DNA of 64,000 nucleotides from Octopus vulgaris (lineage: Eukaryota): the NCBI GenBank assembly GCA_951406725.2, contig OX597834.1, positions 28,520,001-28,584,000 of the forward strand, given 5' to 3'. The position numbers and the translations under genes were made by a program. Under the pieces are notes generated by a model. That model ran no database searches. It was not told the origin of the DNA and saw nothing but the letters and a program-made list of their open reading frames with translations. Of the stretch, positions 52,290 to 64,000 are shown piece after piece. Within the stretch, counting starts at the first letter, position 1. Each line of letters starts with the position of its first letter.

Positions 52290-52723
52290 TACTCTTTTAC
52301 TCTTTTACTCTTTTACTTGTTTCAGTCAGTTGACTGCGGCCATGCTGGAGCACCGCCTTTAGTCGAGCAACTCGACCCCGGGACTTATTATTTGTAAGCT
52401 CAGTACTTATTCTATCGGTCTCTTTTGCCGAACCGCTAAGTGACGGGGACATAAACACACCAGCATCGGTTGTCAAGCAATGCTAGGGGGAAAAACACAG
52501 ACACACAAACACACACATGCATACATATACACATATATATATATATATATACATATATACGACGGGCTTCTTTCAGTTTCCGTCTACCAAATCCACTCAC
52601 AAGGCTTTGGTCGGCCCGAGGCTATAGTAGAAGACACTTGCCCAAGGTGCCATGCAGTGGGAGTGAACCCGGAACCATGTGGTTGGTAAACAAGCTACTT
52701 ACCACACAACCACTTCTGCGCCT
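52290..52723 (-). mobile_element. SINE family A, full length
   Basis: Runs from the (CTCTTTTA)n tail to the head ctgcgcc. Confidence 0.93.
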
Positions 52724-53310
52724 ATGTGTATGTGCTAAAATACAATGACTTGTCTTAAATTTGATCTGAAGAATAAAAAATGTGATATGTGAAAAGTTGA
52801 TAAAAATTGAGAAAAAACATGGAGAAAAAACAAAACAAGGAAATTAAAACAGAAATGAAACGAAATATTTTTTGAATGTGTCCAAGAATTTTGAAGAGAA
52901 TTGCATTAGACACGCGAAATTGAAACCCGACCCTACAAAACAAAACTCCATAGATAATTAATAATCCTTTAAATGTTCAAATTGTAATCGAATTCAAAAA
53001 AAAATTTTTTTTTATGTATGATTGGTCTTGGAGACCTCTCAAGGTTAAAAGAACCGAAGCAGGCTGATAATGAATCATAGTCACTTGAAAGATCATGCGC
53101 GCACACACATACGTACACAGGCACACACGCACATACACACACATGCACACATACACCATATGTGCGCATGCACACATGCGCGCACGTACATACATACATA
53201 CATACATACATACATACATACATACATACATACATACATGCATACACACATACACACACTCACACATACACATGCGCTCATTCACAAACACAAACTCACA
53301 CACACATTCA

Positions 53311-53381
<71 letters not shown>

Positions 53382-53486
53382 ACACACACTTTACTTACTT
53401 GTACTTGTGACGGCGTTCACCCAGGGCGGTATTGGTATAAAAGATGGGCTACAGCAAATATTCTGCTCAATACCACAGATTTGCTT

Positions 53487-53625
53487 GGCAGAAACGTTAG
53501 CACGCCGGGCGAAATGCTTAGCGGTATTTCGTCTGCTGCTACGTTCTGAGTTCAAATTCCGCCGGGGTCGATTAAATAAGTACCCAGCATGGCAGCAATT
53601 CAATGACTGAAACAAACAAAAGAAT
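53487..53625 (+). mobile_element. Chimeric SINE: family C head with a family A tail
   Basis: ggcagaaacgttagcacg...gtcgattaaataagtac is followed by ccagcatggc...aatgactgaaacaa. Confidence 0.7.
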
Positions 53626-53813
53626 TTAACGGTATCAAAAATACGATATAAAATAATGAATTCATTCTAAAGAGAGCGATTTTAATGAAAGCATATCAGT
53701 TTTCGCTTTGCCGTAACCATCTTGAAATTCCATCTCGTACGTACCCAAGATGGAAACACCCCGTAATAGAAAACGGAAACGGTAACAATACAGATCGATG
53801 TTGTTGCAGTAGT

Positions 53814-54197
53814 GGAAGCATTCCGTCGGTTACGACGACGAGGGTTCCGGTTGATCCGAATCAACGGAACAGCCTGCTCGTGAAATTAACGTCTAAGTGG
53901 CTGAGCACTCCACAGACACGTGCACCCTTAACGTAGTTTTCGGGGATATTCAGCGTGACACAGAGAGTGACAAGGCCGGCCCCTTGAAATACAGGTACAA
54001 CAGAAACAGGAAGTAAGAGTGAGAGAAAGTTGTGGTGAAAGAGTACAGCAGGGATCACCACCATCCCCTGCCGGAGCCTCGTGGAGCTTTTAGGTGTTTT
54101 CGCTCAATAACACTCACAACGCCCGGTCTGGGAATCGAAACCGCGATCCTATGACCGCGAGTCCGCTGCCCTAACCACTGGGCCATTGCGCCTCCAC
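53814..54197 (-). mobile_element. SINE family B, full length, 12-bp TSD
   Basis: The TSD tgttgcagtagt lies at 53802-53813 and 54198-54209. Confidence 0.93.
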
Positions 54198-54709
54198 TGT
54201 TGCAGTAGTAGAAACGTAGGGAGGAGACAATCTGTGTAATGCTAGACAATTGTTTGTATTGTCTGGAGGTGTAAAAGAGTTTTGTGTATCGGGCGGTTGA
54301 CCTAATTGTATTGTATGTTTGTCATGAATGGAACAGAACTAAAATTTATTTATCACACTCATGCTAGATAATTAAAATAAATATTGAAAGAGCCACAACT
54401 TTTAGACAATCGATTAATCAATCAATCAATCGATATTTTATTTGTTTATTTATTTATTTATTTATTTGTGTATTTATTTATCACATGCAGTTGTGTGATA
54501 AAACAAGTTGATTGATTGATATTTTTTTTAGCACTCATTCGATGCATTTATCAATAGCCAATCAGTGCTTTTCAGATTTATTTTCTACCGTTATCGATCA
54601 CCAGCGATCGTGACGCCCTTCAGAGTTCATTGAACTGCCACCCCTGGGTAGCTCTTTGAAGTTTTGGGTGTATATATCGGTGGACGCTGCCTGTATGTAA
54701 TGGTGAAGG

Positions 54710-55128
54710 AGGCGCAGGAGTGGCTGTGTGGTAAGTAGCTTGTCTATCAACCACATGGTTCCGGGTTCAGTCCCACTGCGTGGCACCTTGGGCAAGTGTC
54801 TTCTACTATAGCCTCGGGTCGACCAAAGCCTTGTGAGTGGATTTGGTAGACGGAAACTGAAAGAATCCCGTCGTATATATGTATATATATATATATATAT
54901 GCGTGTGTGTGTTTGTGTGTCTGTGTTTGTCCCCTAGCATTGCTTGACAATCGATTCTGGTGTGTTTCTGTCCCCGTTACTTAGCGGTTCGGCAAAAAGA
55001 GACCGATAGAATAAGTACTGGGCTTACAAAGAATAAGTCCCGGGGTCGAGTTGCTCGATTAAAGGCGGTGCTCCAGCATGGCCGCAGTCAAATGACTGAA
55101 ACAAGTAAAAGAGTAAAGAGTAAAAGAG
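54710..55128 (+). mobile_element. SINE family A, full length
   Basis: Family match from head to tail. Confidence 0.93.
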
Positions 55129-55139
55129 TATATGTGTCT

Positions 55140-55435
55140 ATAATGATAGAGACTGGGTGTATATAATGGTAGCAGCTGGCTATATATAAATATGGATGTT
55201 GGCTGCATATAATAATGGAGTCTGGGCGTATATAATGATGGAAGCTGGGTATACATAATGATGGAGGCTGGACGTATAAAATGATGCGGGCTGGGTGTAT
55301 ATAATGATGAAGATTGGGTGTATGTAATGATGGAGTCTGAGTGTATATAATAATAGAGGCTGAGTGTTATATAATGATGGAGAATGGGTGTGTGCAATGG
55401 CGAAGGCTGGGTATATGTAATGATGGAGGTTGGAT
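55140..55435. repeat. Degenerate minisatellite of about 25-27 bp (TATAATGATGGAGGCTGGGTGTA-like)
   Basis: About 11 diverged units. Confidence 0.75.
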
Positions 55436-55569
55436 GCGTAGAATTGATGCTGTCTTGTTCTTGTGTTCTTACTGGTGGCTTTCATTGTGCCGAGGGACAG
55501 CAACTGTTCGTTCTTGTAAGAAGAGAAGACGGGTGGGAAGGACAGTGATCGCTGCAGTGGTTGGCTGAA

Positions 55570-56768
55570 AGAGATGGTGGTGGTGGTGGCGATCGTGGTG
55601 GTGGTGGTGGTGGTGGTGGTTGATGGTGGTGGTGATGATGATGTTGGTGGTGGTGGTGGTGGTGCTGCTGCTAGTGGTGCTGGTGATGGTGGCGGTAATG
55701 GTGGTGGCGATCGTGGTGGTGGTGGTGGTGGTTGATGGTGGGTGAAGATGATGGTGGTGGTGGTGGTGGTGGTGGTAGTGGTGATGGTGGCAGTGGTGGT
55801 GGTAGTTATAGTATACCTGATGATAGTGGTGGTGCTGGTGGTGGTGGCGATGGCGGCAGTGGTGGGTGGTTGATGCTGGTGGTGGTGGTTGGTGATGATG
55901 ATGTTGGTGGTGGTAGTGGTGGTGGCGGTGGTAGTGGTTGTGGTTGTAGTGGTGGTGGATGTGGTGGTGTTGGTAGTGGTGGTGGTGGTGGTGGTGGTAG
56001 TGGCGGTGGTAGTGGTTGTGGTGGTTGTGGTTGTGGTGGTGGTGGTGGTGGTGGTGGTGGTGGTGGTGGTGGTGGTGGTGGTGGTAGTGCTGGTGGTGCT
56101 GGTGGTGGTGGTAGTGGTGGTGCTGGTGGGTGGTGGCGATGGCGGCAGTGGTGGGTGGTTGATGCTGGTGGTGATGGTGGTGGTTGGTGATGATGATGTT
56201 GGTGGTGGTAGTGGTGGTGGTGGCGGTGGTAGTGGTTGTGGTAGTGGTTGTGGTGGTAGTGGTGGTGGTGGTGGTAGTGCTGGTGGTGATGGTGGTGGCG
56301 ATGGCGGCGGTGGTGATAATTATAGTATACATGATGATGATGATAGTGGTGGTGGAATTTGTAGTGACGGTGGTGGCAGTGGTGATGGTGATGATGTTGA
56401 TGATGATGGTGGCTGTAATAGTGTTTGTGGTGATGGTGATGGTGGTGGTAATAGTTAATGATGAAAATGATGGTGTTAATGGTGGTGATGGTGGTGATGG
56501 TGACGATGATGTTGACGATGGTGACGGTGATGGTAATTGGCGGCGATGTTGATAATGACGATGACGAAGATAATGGCGGTAGCGGTAGATTGTTAAATTG
56601 ATTAGTGGTGATAATGTTTATTATAAGTGCAATGGTGGTGACGATATTAATTGTGACAATGGAGGTGGTAGTGGGGGTAGTAGTGGAGGTTGTTGTGGTT
56701 GAAATTGTTGTAATGGTGGTGGTGGTGGTGGTGGTGGTGGTGGTGGTGGTGGTGGTGGTGGTGGTGGC

Positions 56769-56800
<32 letters not shown>

Positions 56801-57690
56801 TGGTGGTGGTGGCGGTGGTGATGGCGGTGGTGGTGGCGGTGGTGGTGGTGGCGGTGGTGGCGGCGGCGGCGGAGGCGGTGGTGGTGGTGGTGGTTTTTGT
56901 GGTTGAAATTGTGGTGGCGGTGGTTGTGGTGGTGGTGGTGGTGGTGGTGGTGGTGGTGGTGGTGGTGGTGATGGCGGCGGCGGCGGTGGTGGTGGTAGAG
57001 GTGGTTTTCGTTGTGTGTGTGATCGTCGTCGTGGTTGTGGTGGTGGTGTTAAGTGATAGTGTTGTTGTTGTTGTTGTGGTGGTGGTGGTAGTGGTGGTAG
57101 TTTCCGTGATGGTTGTGGTCGTCGTCGTGGCTGTGGTGGCGCTATTAGTGAAAGTAGTGTTGGTGATAGTGGTGGTGGTGGTGGTCGTAGTGATGGTGAT
57201 GATGGTTGTAGTGGTGGCGGTAGTAGTGTTGGTGGTAGTGTTGGTAGTCATGATGGTTGTAGTGGTGGCGGTAGTAGTGTTGGTGGTAGTGTTGGTAGTA
57301 ACGACAGTGGTAATGATGGTGCTTGTGGTGATAGTAGTGTTAAACGTGATGGTGACGGTGGTGGTGTTGCTGGTAGTGGTGGTGATGATGGTGGCGGTAG
57401 CGGTGGTGATGGGAGTGCTGATGGCGGCGGCGGTGGTGGTGGTGGTGGTGGTGGTGGTGGTGGTGGTGGTGGTGGTGGTGGTGGTGGTGATGTTGGTGAT
57501 AATGGCAGAGCTCATAACAATGTTGTTCATAGCAACAGTGGTGGTGGCTGTGACGCCTGAGGTGGTGGTATTGGAGGCGGTGGCGGCGGCAGTGGTGTTG
57601 TTGTGGTGGTAGTAGGGGTGGTAGTAGTGGTGGTAGCATTGGAGTCGGTGGCAAGGGTGGTGGTGGTGGGGGTGGTGTAATAATGATAGT
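55570..57690. repeat. About 2.1 kb of (GGT/GAT/GGC)n low-complexity array
   Basis: Directly visible. It accounts for the 768-aa and poly-V/poly-T ORFs. Confidence 0.92.
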
Positions 57691-57879
57691 GATAAGTGAC
57701 TGTAAGTGGTACATAATTGTACACATCCAGCTTTTGTTGTATGCAAGGAAATGCGCGTGCGCGAGCGCCTGTGTGTGTGTGTTGGGGGTGGGGTGTTTGT
57801 GTATACAGTGGAGGAATGAGTATAGATATGGAGAGACAGAGAGCGAGAGATGGAGGGAATGCAACTTCGTTTTATATAC

Positions 57880-61065
<3,186 letters not shown>

Positions 61066-61230
61066 ATTAGAAAAAAATACCTTTTACCAATTCAACATTG
61101 AAAAAATTAAATTATACCATATAGAAAAAAATTACATCCTATAAAAAAAAATCAAATATAATATAAAAAATATATGCCAATGATTAAGTAGTGTACAAAA
61201 TAATAAATAAAACGTATATATTTGGTAAAA

Positions 61231-61313
61231 TGACTACACGTGTTTCGTGGCTATATTTAAGAACTGATTACAGTAAAATCAATTCAATTTAAATATAGCC
61301 ACTCTTCAGGTCA
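61231..61313 (-). ncRNA. Type I minimal hammerhead ribozyme inside an AT-rich Penelope-like insert (about 61066-61630)
   Basis: UGAC-CUGAAGA-GUGGCUAUAUUUAA...UUAAAUAUAGCCAC-GAAAC-ACGU-GUA^GUCA. The core is perfect, with a 4-bp stem I, a perfect 14-bp stem II and a palindromic stem III ACACGUGU. Confidence 0.9.
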
Positions 61314-61542
61314 AAGATAAAATCAATAAAATCAATAAATATACGTATATAATCTTGTAAAATATGAAATATCTTAACAAATATATTCTGGTGTAAATAA
61401 AAATAGAATAAATAGTTATAAATATTTATTATATCTATAAAAATAAAATTTTAACTTATATAAGAAAAGAATAACAAACTATAATGTATCTTTACTAGAA
61501 AATAAAATACAATTAATTAAATTATTTAAAACATATATATAA

Positions 61543-61584
<42 letters not shown>

Positions 61585-61624
61585 CAAAATATACATTAAG
61601 TGAAAACTAAAATACTATAATTTA

Positions 61625-61698
<74 letters not shown>

Positions 61699-62080
61699 GA
61701 CGGAATAATTTATAACTTCATACCTTGCAAATTTTGAGTAGACTATTTACCTATATAGCTCAGTGATCCTTCCACCAACCTTTTCGCCTTTTTCCTCTCG
61801 CCTCTTCTTTTACAATTCAAACCCACACATTCGCCAAAAAAATATGCATTCCAGCGTACACACTCGCACACACACACACACACACACGCGCGCACAAAAG
61901 AGGTTCATATACACGTCTATATACACACACACATGAACAAGAAAAAACAGGACTAAAGCCAAAATACAGAAAAATGAGTAAAAAAAGGTGTAATTAACAC
62001 TGTTTTACACATTTTTCTGTATTTTGCCTTCAGCCCTGTTTTTTTGTTGTGTATGTGCGTATATAGACGTGGGTGAGTAT

Positions 62081-62138
<58 letters not shown>

Positions 62139-62140
<2 letters not shown>

Positions 62141-62543
62141 CGCAGGAGTGGCTGTGTGGTAAGTAGCTTGCTAACCAACCACATGGTTCCGGGTTCAGTA
62201 GCACTGCGTGGCATCTTGGGCAAGTGTCTTCTGCTTATAGCCCCGGGCCGACCAATGCCTTGTGAGTGGATTTGGTTGACAGAAACTGAAAGAAGCCTGT
62301 CGTATATATGTATATATATGTATGTGTGTGTGTGTGTTTGTGTGTCTGTGTTTGTCCCCCTAGCATTGCTTGACAACCGATGCTGGTGTGTTTACGTCCC
62401 CGTCACTTAGCGGTTCGGCAAAAGAGACCGATAGAATAAGTACTGGGCTTACAAAGAATAAGTCCCGGGGTCGATTTGCTCGACTAAAGGCGGTGCTCCA
62501 GCATGGCCGCAGTCAAATGACTGAAACAAGTAAAAGAGTAAAA

Positions 62544-62547
<4 letters not shown>
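62139..62547 (+). mobile_element. SINE family A, full length, within (TA)n
   Basis: Family match with (TA)n on both sides. Confidence 0.93.
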
Positions 62548-62616
<69 letters not shown>

Positions 62617-62844
62617 TGAATAGACAAACGAAAGACAGAAGCATTCGACACATTTCGTAATAGTTACAAATATTATTATTTTGAAAAGCAATTTGATTCG
62701 GCTCAATGCAACTTAAAGTTCCGAAGGCTCATCACTGACACCTGGTTATTCGGTCGCCTGTTCTTCACTCTAGTTTTCTGTGACAAGCCCACAAAACCTT
62801 AATTAGCATGGGGCCGAATGAAGCTATTTTTTTTAATAATAATG

Positions 62845-62923
<79 letters not shown>

Positions 62924-62948
62924 TAACAATAATAATAATAATAATAAC

Positions 62949-63096
62949 AGCCTCTTAGGGACAGCAGAAATAATCAGGAGGGTTCTAAGTACTTGAATGG
63001 TTGCTGAATACCTAAAGGTATAGGTTACTACCTGTAACCTTAGGTAGTAACCCACTATCCACATAATTCCTACTAGGAATCAGACCGATCTTCAGC
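62949..63096 (+). mobile_element. 3' tip of an R4/Dong-like retrotransposon within (TAA)n
   Basis: It translates LLGTAEIIRRVLST*, matching the LLGTA.I.RRVL C-terminus of R4/Dong-clade ORFs. It has (TAA)n on both sides, the known Dong target. Confidence 0.72.
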
Positions 63097-63113
63097 TAAT
63101 AATAATAATAATG

Positions 63114-63174
<61 letters not shown>

Positions 63175-63215
63175 TAATAATAATAATAATGATGATGATA
63201 ATAATAATAATGATG

Positions 63216-63300
<85 letters not shown>

Positions 63301-63878
63301 CAATAATAATAATAACAATAACACATTTCAGAATATTTCTATGAAAATTCTTCCATTGTTTCAATGTAGAGAACAATAAATAAATAAATCGATATATAAA
63401 AAAAAAACATATAAAAACATATAAAAATGAAAATCAGAAATAAAAAAGAAACAAAAAAATTCGCTCCATTCACTGTCGTGTGTGTTCATATTGTGGTGGT
63501 GAGGGGAGGGGCATTTCCAACAATTCTGGTTTCGAGAGTATTCACCAAAGAACGAAAGTCTAAAAGATAAAAAGATGAAATGAAATAAAATAAAATAAAT
63601 AGTTTAGAAAAAAAATAATAAATAAATTTCAGTGAAAATGAAAATAAAATGTCACGGGTTAATTAATTTTGCTGTTGCTGTTGTTGTTGTTGTTGTTGCT
63701 GCTGCTGTTGTTGTTGTTGTTGTTGTTGTTGCTGCTGCTGCTGTTTTTGTTGTTGTTGTTGCTGCTGCTGCTGTTGTTGTTTGTTGCTTCCTGTTGAAAG
63801 GTTTGTTTCAGAACAATAAATAAATAACTAAAAATATAAACAAAAATATCAATAAATTTTCAAAGAATACTGACGGAT

Positions 63879-64000
63879 AGGCGCAGGCGTGGCTGTGTGG
63901 TAAATAGCTTGCTAACCAGCCACATGGTTTCGGGTTCAGTCCCACTGCGTGGCACCTTGGGCAAGTATCTTTTGCTATAGCCCCGGGCCGACCAATGCCT
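63879..64000 (+). mobile_element. SINE family A head, running off the window
   Basis: ggcgcaggcgtggctgtgtggtaaatagcttgc... Confidence 0.9.

Overview
This is eukaryotic non-coding DNA (intronic or intergenic), saturated with repeats. The repeat families and the very high microsatellite load fit a coleoid cephalopod such as Octopus; that assignment is an inference. I found no convincing host protein-coding exon, and almost all long ORFs in the track are translations of microsatellites. The window holds three tRNA-derived SINE families (called A, B and C here) and decayed Tc1 and mariner transposons. It also has four Helitrons (one carrying a PIF1-type helicase fragment), a Merlin-like MITE with an 8-bp TSD, and fragments of Tx1/L1, CR1-group, RTE and R4/Dong LINEs plus Penelope-like termini. 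The most interesting signals are: (1) two apparently intact minimal type I hammerhead ribozymes (61231-61313 and 49526-49608) plus four degenerate ones, all on the minus strand; (2) a probable Tx1-clade retrotransposon that targets (GATA)n microsatellites; (3) a Meta-domain-like SINE whose young copies share 36 of 41 nt with that element's 3' tail and which forms a self-nested tandem array; (4) several minisatellites visibly born from transposon sequence.
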